Assembly (NCBI GenBank): GCA_016937855.1
Contig: JAFGVU010000045.1
Coordinates: 2,045-66,044 of the forward strand
Length of the DNA stretch: 64,000 bases
Reading direction: 5' to 3'
Source of the DNA: Bacteroidales bacterium
Lineage (GTDB): Bacteria; Bacteroidota; Bacteroidia; Bacteroidales; ML635J-15
Shown here: positions 37,891 through 48,201 of the stretch, piece after piece
Position numbering within the stretch: the stretch's first letter is position 1
How the letters are laid out: each line of letters opens with the position of its first letter
Translations under genes and position numbers: made by a program
The notes under the pieces: generated by a model
The model's input: the letters and a program-made list of their open reading frames with translations, nothing else
What the model was told of the DNA's origin: nothing
The model's database searches: none

Positions 37891-40047
37891 TTATTCTTTT
37901 TCGGCCAGTTCAAAATCGATCTGTTTTTTTTGCAAGCTAACATTCGTTATAACAACGCTAACAACAGCCCCAAGCTGGTACTTCTTCTTATTGTTTCGAC
38001 CATAAATACAGTAGTCATCCTGATCATAAATATACATATCGTCGTTTAATGTACGCATGTGTACAAGTCCTTCGCAAGCATTTTCTTTTAGTTGAACAAA
38101 AAATCCCCATTCGGTAACCCCCGAAATAACACCTTCAAATACTTGTCCTATTTTATCTTGCAAGAACTCAACTTGTTTATACTTAATTGAGCTTCTCTCT
38201 GCCATCACAGCTTGTTGCTCCTGATATGAACAGTATTTGCATTTCGACTCTAAATTTGATGTGTCCGGATTACGTTTTTTTAGGTAATCAAACAATAGCC
38301 TATGAACTAACACGTCGGGATATCTACGAATAGGTGACGTAAAATGAGTGTAATAGTCAAATGCCAATCCATAGTGTCCTATATTTTTAGTTGTATAAAC
38401 AGCTTTAGACATTGATCGTACGGCAAGGTTTTCGATTATATTCTGCTCGGGTTTACCACTTACATTTTTGACAATTTCGTTCATCGACTTTGAAAGTGCT
38501 ATATTATTTGATGTATCTATCTTATATCCAAAACGTGCGATAAAACCCGAAAAATTTTCGAGTTTTTCCATATTTGGCTCAGCATGAATTCGATATACAA
38601 AATCTTTAGGACTCTTGGCTGCCCCAATAAACTCGGCAACAGTTCTATTTGCCAGAAGCATAAACTCTTCGATAAGATTATTTGCTTCCTTCGACTCCTT
38701 AAAATATACTCCTGTTGGAATTGCATTTTCTCCTAAAATGAATTTTACTTCATCATGTTCAAAATTAAATGCCCCTTTTTCGAGTCGCTTTTTTCGCAAT
38801 ATCTTCGCTAAATCGTTGATTATCAACAACTCTTTTGCCAAATCGCCGTTGCCAGTTTCAATCACTTGTTGTGCATCTTCGTAAGCAAATCGCCTATCAG
38901 AATTGATAATTGTTTTTTCGATTTTAAAACCAAGTACTTCGGCTTTATCATTCATCTCGAAAATAACTGAGAAACAAAGTTTATCCTCATTTGGTCGTAG
39001 TGAGCACAAAAAGTTTGATAATCTTTCGGGTAACATTGGTACAACTCTATCAACAAGATAAACTGAAGTCGCTCTATCGTATGCTTCTTTATCTAACTCT
39101 GTTCCTGGTAAAAGATAATGCGAAACATCGGCAATATGAACTCCAATACTATAATTATTACTTTCAGTAAGTTCAAAAGAAATTGCGTCATCAAAATCCT
39201 TTGCATCTTCAGGATCAATAGTAAAAGTTAATACATCTCTATAATCGGTTCGTGTTTCATAATCAAATTGGGTAAACTCTTCTTTTATTTTGTTGGCAGC
39301 CTTCTCTATTTCGGGAGAAAACTTTGCAGGAAGACCAAACTCTGCCAAGATGGCATGCATTTCAACCTCGTTATCACCTGGATTCCCAAGTATTTCGACA
39401 ACTTTTCCTGTCGGATTTTTCGACTTCCGATGCCATTCTGTTATCTGAACAACGGCTTTTTCTCCATCCTTTGCTCCATTTAAACCATCTGCCGGAATAA
39501 AAATATCGAAAATCATTTTATAACTGTCCGGTATCAAAAATGCATAAGACCCCGACTTTTCAATTGTACCAACAAATCTATCAGTTGAACGTTTTATTAT
39601 TTCTACCACTTCGCCCTCAACTCTATTTCCACTGCGTTTTGCGTATAAACTAACTTTAACAGTATCTCTGTGCAAAGCTGTATTAAGATTAGCAAACGAC
39701 ACAAAAACATCTTCTGTTATATCGTCAGAAACGACAAACGCATTTCCGGTTTTATTTAAATCTATCTCACCTACAATAAAACCAACTTTTGACTTAAGTC
39801 TATATTTCCCTCTCGAAGTTTCCTTTAAACTACCCACATTAGTTAACTCATCAAGAACTTTAGAAATCATGGCTCTTTGAGCCGACTCGGTAATGTTTAA
39901 CAGTGACGAAAGCTGTTTGTAATTATATTCCTTTTGCGGACTAGACGAAAAAACACTTAAAATCTTTGCTGTTAATGTTTTCTTATTTAAGCCCTTATCA
40001 TTTGTGCTATGTGTTTTGTTTTTTCTTTTACTCATTTTTTTTGGCAT
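37891..40047 (-). CDS. rnr: Ribonuclease R
   Basis: TIDPEDAKDFDDA, YTHFTSPIRRYPD, C-terminal S1 domain. Confidence 0.95.
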   Translation of the reverse strand: MPKKMSKRKNKTHSTNDKGLNKKTLTAKILSVFSSSPQKEYNYKQLSSLLNITESAQRAMISKVLDELTNVGSLKETSRGKYRLKSKVGFIVGEIDLNKTGNAFVVSDDITEDVFVSFANLNTALHRDTVKVSLYAKRSGNRVEGEVVEIIKRSTDRFVGTIEKSGSYAFLIPDSYKMIFDIFIPADGLNGAKDGEKAVVQITEWHRKSKNPTGKVVEILGNPGDNEVEMHAILAEFGLPAKFSPEIEKAANKIKEEFTQFDYETRTDYRDVLTFTIDPEDAKDFDDAISFELTESNNYSIGVHIADVSHYLLPGTELDKEAYDRATSVYLVDRVVPMLPERLSNFLCSLRPNEDKLCFSVIFEMNDKAEVLGFKIEKTIINSDRRFAYEDAQQVIETGNGDLAKELLIINDLAKILRKKRLEKGAFNFEHDEVKFILGENAIPTGVYFKESKEANNLIEEFMLLANRTVAEFIGAAKSPKDFVYRIHAEPNMEKLENFSGFIARFGYKIDTSNNIALSKSMNEIVKNVSGKPEQNIIENLAVRSMSKAVYTTKNIGHYGLAFDYYTHFTSPIRRYPDVLVHRLLFDYLKKRNPDTSNLESKCKYCSYQEQQAVMAERSSIKYKQVEFLQDKIGQVFEGVISGVTEWGFFVQLKENACEGLVHMRTLNDDMYIYDQDDYCIYGRNNKKKYQLGAVVSVVITNVSLQKKQIDFELAEKE

Positions 40048-40165
40048 TATGTTTGTTTAAAATAAATTTCAAAATATATTTTTAATAAAAGTATTGAAAT
40101 TATAATAAAAAAACGTATTTTTAACAAATATTTTAAAATTAGTAACCAAATTAAATTTTATTACC

Positions 40166-40750
40166 ATGAAGACAATTACAAAAAGCATTTTAATCGTAGC
40201 TGTACTAAGTTCAGCAATAGCATTTTCTTCTTGCAAAAAGAACAAAGACGTTATCAGACCAGACAAAGACGCTAAAGAAATTATCATTCCTTGTAAAGAT
40301 GAAGGTCGTTCAGACAAGAATTTCTTTAGAGCTGATGCTCAATCAACATCTCAAGACATGAGTCTTTCAAGAGAAAAAGCTTTAACTATGGCAAAACAGC
40401 GTGTTGCCGGTTTAATTAATACCAAAATCAAATCTGTTACCGATCGTTATGTAAATGAAACAGAAGTTGGAGCAAATTCTGATTTTGAGCAAAAATTTGA
40501 GAATTTAACTAGAGAAGTTGTCAATCAGACTTTAGTTGACATTGCAATTGTTTGCGAAAAGAATTTTCAGGAAGCAACCGGAAAATACACAACCTACATT
40601 GCAATTGAAATTAGCAAAGATGCTATGTTAAACGGAATCAACGGAGGTATTTCAAAAGACCAAAAATTAAGAGTCGATTATGACAAAATGAAATTCGAGC
40701 AAATTTTCAACGAAGAAATGGAAAAAATAGGAAACGAAGCCGGATACTAA
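40166..40750 (+). CDS. Lipoprotein (LPP20-like)
   Basis: Lipobox FSSC; helical body. Confidence 0.7.
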   Translation: MKTITKSILIVAVLSSAIAFSSCKKNKDVIRPDKDAKEIIIPCKDEGRSDKNFFRADAQSTSQDMSLSREKALTMAKQRVAGLINTKIKSVTDRYVNETEVGANSDFEQKFENLTREVVNQTLVDIAIVCEKNFQEATGKYTTYIAIEISKDAMLNGINGGISKDQKLRVDYDKMKFEQIFNEEMEKIGNEAGY

Positions 40751-40770
40751 GAATCTAAAAATACTTATAC

Positions 40771-40802
40771 AAAAACCGTGGTTGTGATCACGGTTTTTTT
40801 TT
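40771..40802 (+). terminator. Rho-independent terminator
   Basis: AAAAACCGTG...CACGGTTTTTTTTT. Confidence 0.85.
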
Positions 40803-40827
40803 ACCTTTATTCTGCTCACTAAACATA

Positions 40828-40857
40828 TTTGTTATAAGTTTTAATTATGTATATTTG
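40828..40857 (+). promoter_or_regulatory. Bacteroidota primary-sigma promoter of rsfS-ftsH
   Basis: TTTG (40828-40831) and TATATTTG (40850-40857). Confidence 0.65.
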
Positions 40858-40874
40858 CAAAAAATTATTTATAT

Positions 40875-41246
40875 ATGGTAAAACGTGGGACAAAACAAGA
40901 AACAGCAATACTCTTAAAAACAATTAACAACGCTATACTTGAAAAAAAAGGTGACGAACTACTTAATCTCGATCTAACTAAAATAGATAATGCAGTTGCA
41001 GCGCACTTTGTTATTTGCCATGGAAACTCATCAACCCAAGTAAAATCAATAGCAGACTTTGTCGAAAAAATGGTTAGAGACAATGTAAATGAGAAACCAT
41101 GGAAAAAAGAAGGTTACGAAAACAGCGAATGGATTTTACTTGATTATGTTGATGTTGTTGTTCACATTTTTCAAGCTCCAGCGAGAGAATTTTATAAATT
41201 AGAGAAGCTTTGGGCAGATGCTAAAACAGTATTAATAAACAATTAA
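40875..41246 (+). CDS. rsfS: Ribosome silencing factor
   Basis: FVICHGNS, WILLDYVDVVVHIF, FYKLEKLW. Confidence 0.95.
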   Translation: MVKRGTKQETAILLKTINNAILEKKGDELLNLDLTKIDNAVAAHFVICHGNSSTQVKSIADFVEKMVRDNVNEKPWKKEGYENSEWILLDYVDVVVHIFQAPAREFYKLEKLWADAKTVLINN

Positions 41247-41304
41247 CAGTTTTGTCCGAACAAAGTAATTAGAAAAAAGGTTAAAAGCAATTACAGATTA
41301 AACA

Positions 41305-43317
41305 ATGGAAGAAAAAAAAGGATTTGAAAATAAAAAGCCACCCCAAAAGCCTAAAATGCCGGGTGGAGCACCGGATAATAAAAATCGTATTTGGATTTAT
41401 ATAGTTCTATTTGGTGTTTTTTTAGTTTTTTCGTTTATCGATTTTGGAGGATCTTCAAAAGAAATTACACGTGAACGGTTTGAGAACGATCTTTTAGTTA
41501 ACAAGAATGTCGAAAAAGTAATTATCGTCAACAAAGAAAGAGTTGATGTTTTTATAAAACCCGACCTTCTTGAAAGCGAAAAATTTAACGACATTAAAAA
41601 TTCCGGACCATTGGGTTTTTCCTCAAACAAAGGGCCTCATTATCATTTTACAATTGGCGATGTAGAAACCTTTGAAAGACAATTTAAAGAAGCTCAAGAA
41701 GGATTTTCACCCGAAGAACAAATAATGACTCAATACAAAACCGAACACAATTACATGGGTGAGATTCTTAGCTGGGTTTTACCTATTGCATTATTGTTTG
41801 GACTTTGGTATTTTATTTTCAAAAGAATGAGTGGTGGTGGTGCCGGAGGAAATCAAATTTTCAATATTGGCAAATCAAAAGCACAAGTATTTGACAAAGA
41901 AAAACGTGTTAAGGTTAACTTTAATGACGTTGCCGGACTAGAAGAAGCCAAAGTAGAGATTATGGAGATTGTCGATTTCTTAAAAAACCCCGGTAAATAC
42001 ACAAAATTGGGTGGTAAAATACCAAAAGGTGCTCTACTTGTTGGTCCTCCCGGTACAGGAAAGACTTTACTTGCAAAAGCAGTAGCTGGAGAAGCCGACG
42101 TGCCATTTTTCTCACTAAGCGGTAGCGATTTTGTCGAGATGTTTGTTGGCGTTGGTGCTTCAAGAGTTCGCGATTTATTTAAACAAGCAAAATCAAAATC
42201 ACCATGCATTATTTTTATTGACGAGATTGATGCTATTGGTAGAGCAAGAGGTAGAAATCCGAATTTTAACTCTAATGACGAAAGAGAAAATACTCTTAAT
42301 CAACTTTTGACAGAAATGGATGGATTTGACACAAATAGTGGAGTAATTTTACTTGCTGCTACTAATCGTGCCGACATTCTTGACAAAGCACTTATGAGAG
42401 CCGGACGTTTTGACCGTCAAATTCATCTCGAACTTCCCGACATTATTGAACGTGAAGCTATTTTTAGAGTTCATACTAAACCTTTAAAAATGTCAAAAGA
42501 GGTACTAATTGAGTTTCTAGCAAAACAAACTCCGGGATTTAGTGGTGCCGACATTGCTAATGTATGTAACGAAGCTGCTCTTATTGCTGCCAGAAAAAAT
42601 AAAAAAAGTATTGAAAAGCAAGACTTTCTTGATGCCGTTGATAGAATTATTGGTGGACTCGAACGAAAAAGCAAGATTATTTCTGCTGACGAAAAGAAAA
42701 CCATTGCATTTCATGAAGCTGGTCACGCAACTGTTAGTTGGTTGCTCGAACATGCAAACCCATTACTAAAAGTAACCATTATTCCTCGAGGAAGAGCACT
42801 TGGCGCAGCATGGTATCTCCCCGAAGAAAGATCCATTACCACAAAAGAACAACTTCTTGACGAGATGTGTTCGGCTCTTGGTGGAAGAGCAAGCGAAGAA
42901 ATTGTTTTTGGAAAAGTCTCTACCGGTGCTCTTAACGACTTAGAAAAAGTCACAAAACAGGCTATTGCCATGGTTAGCTTTTTTGGAATGAGCGAAAAAG
43001 TGGGAACACTATCTTATTACGACTCAACAGGACAAAACGAATATGGTTTCACTAAACCTTATAGCGAAAAAACAGCCGAACTTATCGACGGTGAAATTAA
43101 AAGTATAGTTGAAGATCAATACAAAAAAGCTAAAAAAGTCCTATCCGACAATATGGAAGGTCTTACTAAATTAGCCGAAACTTTGCTTGTTAAAGAAGTA
43201 ATATTTAGCGACGACTTAGAACGCATATTCGGAAAAAGACCATGGTCAAAAGAATCGGACGAAGAACAGAAAAAACCAGAAACAGAGTCGAACGAAGAAG
43301 TAGAAAATGATGAATAA
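41305..43317 (+). CDS. ftsH: ATP-dependent zinc metalloprotease FtsH
   Basis: Two TM segments, [19 protein letters not shown]. Confidence 0.97.
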   Translation: MEEKKGFENKKPPQKPKMPGGAPDNKNRIWIYIVLFGVFLVFSFIDFGGSSKEITRERFENDLLVNKNVEKVIIVNKERVDVFIKPDLLESEKFNDIKNSGPLGFSSNKGPHYHFTIGDVETFERQFKEAQEGFSPEEQIMTQYKTEHNYMGEILSWVLPIALLFGLWYFIFKRMSGGGAGGNQIFNIGKSKAQVFDKEKRVKVNFNDVAGLEEAKVEIMEIVDFLKNPGKYTKLGGKIPKGALLVGPPGTGKTLLAKAVAGEADVPFFSLSGSDFVEMFVGVGASRVRDLFKQAKSKSPCIIFIDEIDAIGRARGRNPNFNSNDERENTLNQLLTEMDGFDTNSGVILLAATNRADILDKALMRAGRFDRQIHLELPDIIEREAIFRVHTKPLKMSKEVLIEFLAKQTPGFSGADIANVCNEAALIAARKNKKSIEKQDFLDAVDRIIGGLERKSKIISADEKKTIAFHEAGHATVSWLLEHANPLLKVTIIPRGRALGAAWYLPEERSITTKEQLLDEMCSALGGRASEEIVFGKVSTGALNDLEKVTKQAIAMVSFFGMSEKVGTLSYYDSTGQNEYGFTKPYSEKTAELIDGEIKSIVEDQYKKAKKVLSDNMEGLTKLAETLLVKEVIFSDDLERIFGKRPWSKESDEEQKKPETESNEEVENDE

Positions 43318-43537
43318 CACTAACGAAAATCTTGAACTGGTTTACGCTACCGGAACAGAATATTTGGCAGAGTTACTAAAACAAATACTCGAAGAAAACA
43401 ATATTACTGCTCTAGTTATTAATAGACAAGACTCTTCATACCATTTTGGTGATATAGAAGTATATGTTAATGCCGAAGATTTGTTTAGGGCAAAAGAGAT
43501 ATGTGAAGAATTTGAAAACAACACACAAATTGAATAA
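43307..43537 (+). CDS. DUF2007-like small protein
   Basis: AELLKQILEENNI...IEVYV pattern; overlaps ftsH and cdsA ends. Confidence 0.75.
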   Translation: MMNNTNENLELVYATGTEYLAELLKQILEENNITALVINRQDSSYHFGDIEVYVNAEDLFRAKEICEEFENNTQIE

Positions 43538-44369
43538 TTTTTTAAAAAGAACTGTTACCGGGAGCCTGATTGTACTAGCAACTTCGGTGCTAATACTGAC
43601 TAATGAATGGACTTTTTTCAGCTTTATCCTCATTGCAGCTATTTGGTTGAGCATAGAATTTATAAGGATTACCAAAAACGACAACAATAAACCTGCTGTT
43701 TTTCTCACAGTATTTTCTGGAATAATTATTCTATCAATTGTTTTCTTTACTACTAAATTTGAATTTAATCCTGCATTTTATTGGCTAATTCCAATACCCA
43801 TTTTAATTCTATTCATTAAAGAATTATTTTCCAATAATAAAACGCCAATGAGAAATATTGCCATATCAGTATTTTCATTAGTGTATATTATTTTACCATT
43901 AGCTTTATCGATATTACTTGTAACAGGAAATTACTTATATTTTCAGGATAGCACAAATTCATTTACTCCAACAACACTAATGGGAATACTTGTATTGATA
44001 TGGGTTTATGATAGCATGGCATACTGTGTTGGAGTACCTCTTGGACGTCATAGATTATTTGAACGTGTTTCTCCCAAAAAATCTTGGGAAGGAACAATTG
44101 GAGGCGCGATACTTACTTTAGTTGCCGGATATTATATCAACTTGTTATTTCCAATAATGTCGCAAGCTGATTGGTTAGTTGTAACTGGCTTAGTAGTTGT
44201 TTTTGGAACCTTTGGCGACTTAATAGAATCGCAATTTAAACGTAGCATTGCAATTAAAGATTCCGGCGATTCTTTGCCAGGACACGGAGGGTTGTTAGAC
44301 CGATTCGACAGTTTTATCTTTACAGTACCTTGGGTTTGGATTTATCTAATTGTCAGGAGTAGCTTATAA
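43530..44369 (+). CDS. cdsA: Phosphatidate cytidylyltransferase
   Basis: SPKKSWEG, KDSGDSLPGHGGLLDRFD; probable TTG start at 43530. Confidence 0.92.
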   Translation: MNNFLKRTVTGSLIVLATSVLILTNEWTFFSFILIAAIWLSIEFIRITKNDNNKPAVFLTVFSGIIILSIVFFTTKFEFNPAFYWLIPIPILILFIKELFSNNKTPMRNIAISVFSLVYIILPLALSILLVTGNYLYFQDSTNSFTPTTLMGILVLIWVYDSMAYCVGVPLGRHRLFERVSPKKSWEGTIGGAILTLVAGYYINLLFPIMSQADWLVVTGLVVVFGTFGDLIESQFKRSIAIKDSGDSLPGHGGLLDRFDSFIFTVPWVWIYLIVRSSL

Positions 44370-44397
44370 AACAATTTCTGTTTTAACTGTACAAATT

Positions 44398-44586
44398 CCA
44401 CCAGCCGCATAGCGGTGACTTTGATTACAATCCTTCGCGTTCTGAACGCAGTTCCGACTGCTCAAGCCTTTCCTGTTTTTAGTGTTTTGCTACAAAAGTA
44501 GCGAGGGTGCAGAATCAGCCAACTGGATGTTCGAGGACACTCGTAAAGACGGTGCTAAAGCCGTTGGTGGTAAAAAAAATCAAAGT
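44398..44586 (+). other. GC-richer multi-hairpin intergenic element (candidate ncRNA or REP mosaic)
   Basis: Closing CCACCAGC/GTTGGTGG plus five internal hairpins, with G-U pairs only on the + strand. Confidence 0.4.
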
Positions 44587-44670
44587 GAGGCAATACTTGT
44601 ACTGAACTCCGATATCTGTCGAAGTCGAAGTAAGTGCCGAACGAAAAATCACTACTGGAAAATCTCAGTC

Positions 44671-45699
44671 TTATTTATCCTTTAGTTTTCTCTCTAATTC
44701 GTCAATTCGTTTCACAATTTTATCGAGGTTTTTAAAATGAACATAAGCACGGTGATATTCTCTTAAATCAAAAGCCGGTGCACCCATCAAGATACTGTTT
44801 TCTGTTTTAATGTTATTTGCTATTCCTGACTGCGCCGACATTTTTGTTCCATTTGCGATTTTCACATGCGGTCCTATACCGACCTGTCCGCCAAACATGC
44901 AATTATCTCCAATTTTAGCAGTTCCTGCTATCCCCGATTGAGCCGCGATTACGGTATTTGATCCTATTTCGACATTATGAGCAACATGATTATGATTATC
45001 TAATTTAACTCCTTTTCGGATAATTGTTGAACCCATTGTTGCTCTATCAATTGTAACAAGAGCTCCGAGCTCAACATTATCTTCAATTATGACGTTTCCA
45101 ATTTGAGCAATTTTAACAAACGCATCGTTACCGTTTGGAGCAAACCCAAAACCATCTGCACCAATAACACTACCGGAGTGTATTGTACAATCCTTACCAA
45201 TAATCGTATTGTAATAAATCTTAACTCCGGGGTGTATTACAGTATTTTCTCCAATTTTTACATTATTACCAATATAAGCTCCCGGATAAATTTGAACATT
45301 GTCACCAACTTCGGCATCTTTTCCAATATAAGCAAATGCACCTATATAAACATTCTTTCCAATTTTGGCTTTTTTATGAATAAAAGAATTCTTTTCAATT
45401 CCGACAGGTTTATCTATCATCGAATTATAAACAGCAAGCAATTGGGCAATTGCTTTATATGAATCTTGCACTCTGATAAGTGTACAACTAATTTTTTTTT
45501 GAGCGACAAAATCATAATTTACCAAAACAACTGATGCTTCAGTTTCGTAAATATAGTTTGTATATTTTGGATTTGCCAAGAATGACAATGAACCTGGTTT
45601 TCCTTCTTCAATTTTTGAAAAGCAATTAACGATAACGCTAGCGTCTCCATCAACTTTACCTAGTAACAATTCTGCAATTTGACCTGCTGTAAACTCCAT
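44671..45699 (-). CDS. lpxD: UDP-3-O-(3-hydroxyacyl)glucosamine N-acyltransferase
   Basis: SFLANPKY, hexapeptide repeats, GADGFG, IDRAT. Confidence 0.95.
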   Translation of the reverse strand: MEFTAGQIAELLLGKVDGDASVIVNCFSKIEEGKPGSLSFLANPKYTNYIYETEASVVLVNYDFVAQKKISCTLIRVQDSYKAIAQLLAVYNSMIDKPVGIEKNSFIHKKAKIGKNVYIGAFAYIGKDAEVGDNVQIYPGAYIGNNVKIGENTVIHPGVKIYYNTIIGKDCTIHSGSVIGADGFGFAPNGNDAFVKIAQIGNVIIEDNVELGALVTIDRATMGSTIIRKGVKLDNHNHVAHNVEIGSNTVIAAQSGIAGTAKIGDNCMFGGQVGIGPHVKIANGTKMSAQSGIANNIKTENSILMGAPAFDLREYHRAYVHFKNLDKIVKRIDELERKLKDK

Positions 45700-45702
45700 T
45701 TA

Positions 45703-46929
45703 TTATCTATTTGAATTAATAATTTTTTCCGGACCACAAACATAATATTTTTTGACGACTTTACTTAAAACGGACAGATTTAACATATCAGAAGCTTCTG
45801 CTATATCGAGCAGCTTATCGCCATAAAGGATATTAATTCTTTCATCTATATCACTATAGGCATTATTTGAGATTTCTCCGCTATAGACATAAAAATCAAT
45901 ATTTTGAGAATTGATATTAAGCTCTTTTATTGCCTGTTGCTTAATGTTCTCAATAAAAGTATCAAGAAATGGCTCTTTTCTGACAATTATTTTTGGCAAA
46001 TCGCGGTTAAGCACAGACTTTGATAAATGGGCTAGTATCTTATCCTTTGAATAAATATTTTGTTTCAGTAAACTAATAATATCATAATCGTCGAGCATGT
46101 AAAAATTTTGAATTACTTCTTTTTGGTTGGACAAATATCTCCTTTTAAGAAAAAACTCAAGATGTTGGTTATCAACGAGAATTTCATCTCTTTCGTAAAG
46201 ATGTTTTAGTCGCTCCAGCAATTTAACAAGCAAAACCTCTCCAACTAAAACCGTTTTATGGAGATAAACTTGCCAATACATAAGTCTTCGTGCAACTAAA
46301 AACTTTTCGATACTATAAATACCCTTAGCTTCGACCACTAAATTATCATCAACAACTTGAAGCATTTTGATAATTCGTTCAGAGCCAACTATTCCTTCAC
46401 TTACCCCTGTATAAAAACTATCTCTTCTAAGATAGTCGAGTCTATCCATATCAAGTTGCCCTGATATAAGCTGATGTAAGAATTTTTTTTGATATTCGTT
46501 TTTAAAGATTTTTATAGCTAAATCCAGTTTTCCATTAAACTCATAGTTTAATTCTTCCATAAACATCAACGAAAGCGCTTCGTGTGGTAATTCAGGAATA
46601 ATACAACTTTCTAATGCATGAGAAAAAGGACCGTGTCCAATATCATGAAGTAAAATTGCTGCCATTGCTGCCTCTGCCTCATCGTTTGTAATAACGTGAC
46701 CTTTGCTCCTAATAACATCTATGGCAATACTCATTAGATGCATTGTTCCGAGGGCATGATGAAAACGTGTGTGAACAGCTCCCGGATATACCAAATATGT
46801 AAGCCCTAATTGCTTAATCCTACGTAATCTCTGAAAATATTTATGTTCAATAATGTCATAAATCAATCCTGCTGGAATATTTATAAAACCATATACCGGA
46901 TCATTTACTATTTTTTTCTTTTTAGACAT
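45703..46929 (-). CDS. HD-domain phosphohydrolase
   Basis: HTRFHHALG, LLHDIGHGPFSH, DMDRLDYL. Confidence 0.92.
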   Translation of the reverse strand: MSKKKKIVNDPVYGFINIPAGLIYDIIEHKYFQRLRRIKQLGLTYLVYPGAVHTRFHHALGTMHLMSIAIDVIRSKGHVITNDEAEAAMAAILLHDIGHGPFSHALESCIIPELPHEALSLMFMEELNYEFNGKLDLAIKIFKNEYQKKFLHQLISGQLDMDRLDYLRRDSFYTGVSEGIVGSERIIKMLQVVDDNLVVEAKGIYSIEKFLVARRLMYWQVYLHKTVLVGEVLLVKLLERLKHLYERDEILVDNQHLEFFLKRRYLSNQKEVIQNFYMLDDYDIISLLKQNIYSKDKILAHLSKSVLNRDLPKIIVRKEPFLDTFIENIKQQAIKELNINSQNIDFYVYSGEISNNAYSDIDERINILYGDKLLDIAEASDMLNLSVLSKVVKKYYVCGPEKIINSNR

Positions 46930-47011
46930 TTATGAATAATTATTGTTTGCAAAAATAAGAATAAAGAAACATTTATGTCGGATAAAAAATAAAAAAAATC
47001 ATGTAACTATT

Positions 47012-47152
47012 CTGGGGCTACTAAACCTTTAGGTCGATCATCCTTTTGTATTTTACCCGATTAAGTATTAAAATTTAAACTCCGATTACGCATTAGGATA
47101 CTAATCTAAGTCAATCTATCATTTTATATTTGTAATCGTGAGTTTAACCCAG
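47012..47152 (-). ncRNA. Probable 6S-like RNA (Bacteroidales-1 motif type)
   Basis: Closing CTGGG/CCCAG, internal AAACTCACGATTAC/GTAATCGGAGTTT helix, and 3' segment TCGACCTAAAGGTTTAGTAG resembling my recollection of Bacteroidales-1 RNAs (not verified by search). Confidence 0.55.
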
Positions 47153-47188
47153 CTAAATATTTACAAAAACATTTACAAACGAGAACAA

Positions 47189-48127
47189 CTACTCTCCTCC
47201 CTCCTTTAATCTGTGTTTATCGTCATCATCCATAATTATGTTTAGATACGACTTATATCGCCACCATGCAATTTCACCAGACTCAACAGCATCTTTAACA
47301 GCACAGTCGGGCTCGTTTAAATGGTTACAGTTGTAATATTTGCAGTCTTTTGCAAAATTAAAAAACTCAGGATAATAATGATATATTTCTTCTTTTTTTA
47401 AATCAACTAATCCAAAGGCCTTAATTCCGGGAGTGTCAATTATCCATGCATCAAATGAGAGTTTGTGCATTTTTGCAAAAGTTGTAGTATGTTTTCCAGT
47501 ATGATGAGCATCTGAAATATCACCAATTTTAAGATTAAGTCCGGGAGAGACGCAGTTAACAAGCGACGATTTGCCAACCCCGCTTTGTCCGGCAATAAGA
47601 CTTGTTTTACCAACTAAAACCGATTTTAGCTCTTCAATTCCAAGATTATTTTTTATTGATGTTGCAATTACGCGATATCCGATATCAGCGTAAACAGCCA
47701 TAATTTCAGCCAACTTAGGATACTCATCCTGACTATAAATATCTGCTTTATTAAATATTATAATTGTGGGTATGCTATACGATTCGGCAGAGACCAAAAA
47801 TCTATCAAGAAATGTTGTGGTAGTTTCAGGATTTCGCAGGGTAAAAACAAAAATTGCCTGATCGATATTTGAAGCAATTACGTGTGAGTGTTTCGACAAA
47901 TTTGTTGAGCGTCTGATTATACAATTTCTACGTTGATGTATTTTGGTGATAACACCGGTGTTAGCGTCAATCATTTGTATGTCAACCTCATCACCCACTG
48001 CAACAGGATTAGTGCTGCGATAACCTTTAAGTCTGAGTTTTCCTCTGATATTACAGAAAATCTCAGCACTATCGGTTTTTACGACATATCCCGATCCTGT
48101 TGATTGTATAACTTTAGCTGTTAGCAT
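47189..48127 (-). CDS. rsgA: Ribosome small subunit-dependent GTPase A
   Basis: NKAD, GQSGVGKS, GKHTTT, DTPG, C-x4-C-x-H-x5-C. Start set at ATG 48127, downstream of the -7 box 48138-48145. Confidence 0.95.
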   Translation of the reverse strand: MLTAKVIQSTGSGYVVKTDSAEIFCNIRGKLRLKGYRSTNPVAVGDEVDIQMIDANTGVITKIHQRRNCIIRRSTNLSKHSHVIASNIDQAIFVFTLRNPETTTTFLDRFLVSAESYSIPTIIIFNKADIYSQDEYPKLAEIMAVYADIGYRVIATSIKNNLGIEELKSVLVGKTSLIAGQSGVGKSSLVNCVSPGLNLKIGDISDAHHTGKHTTTFAKMHKLSFDAWIIDTPGIKAFGLVDLKKEEIYHYYPEFFNFAKDCKYYNCNHLNEPDCAVKDAVESGEIAWWRYKSYLNIIMDDDDKHRLKEGGE

Positions 48128-48201
48128 AAAACAAATGCAAAGATAATTCATTTAAGGAAATATCTTTGCATTATAAATAATTATCCACGACTAGCTAGTT
48201 T

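Noticed and set aside
41397-42971. Multiple antisense and alternative-frame ORFs within ftsH, and similar ones in mutL, rnr, lon and others
   Set aside because: Expected shadow ORFs of long conserved genes, with no independent signals
44533-44570. Resemblance of GGACACTCGTAAAGACGGTGCTAAAGCC to a c-di-GMP-I riboswitch
   Set aside because: The second stem with its receptor motif is missing and there is no downstream gene on that strand
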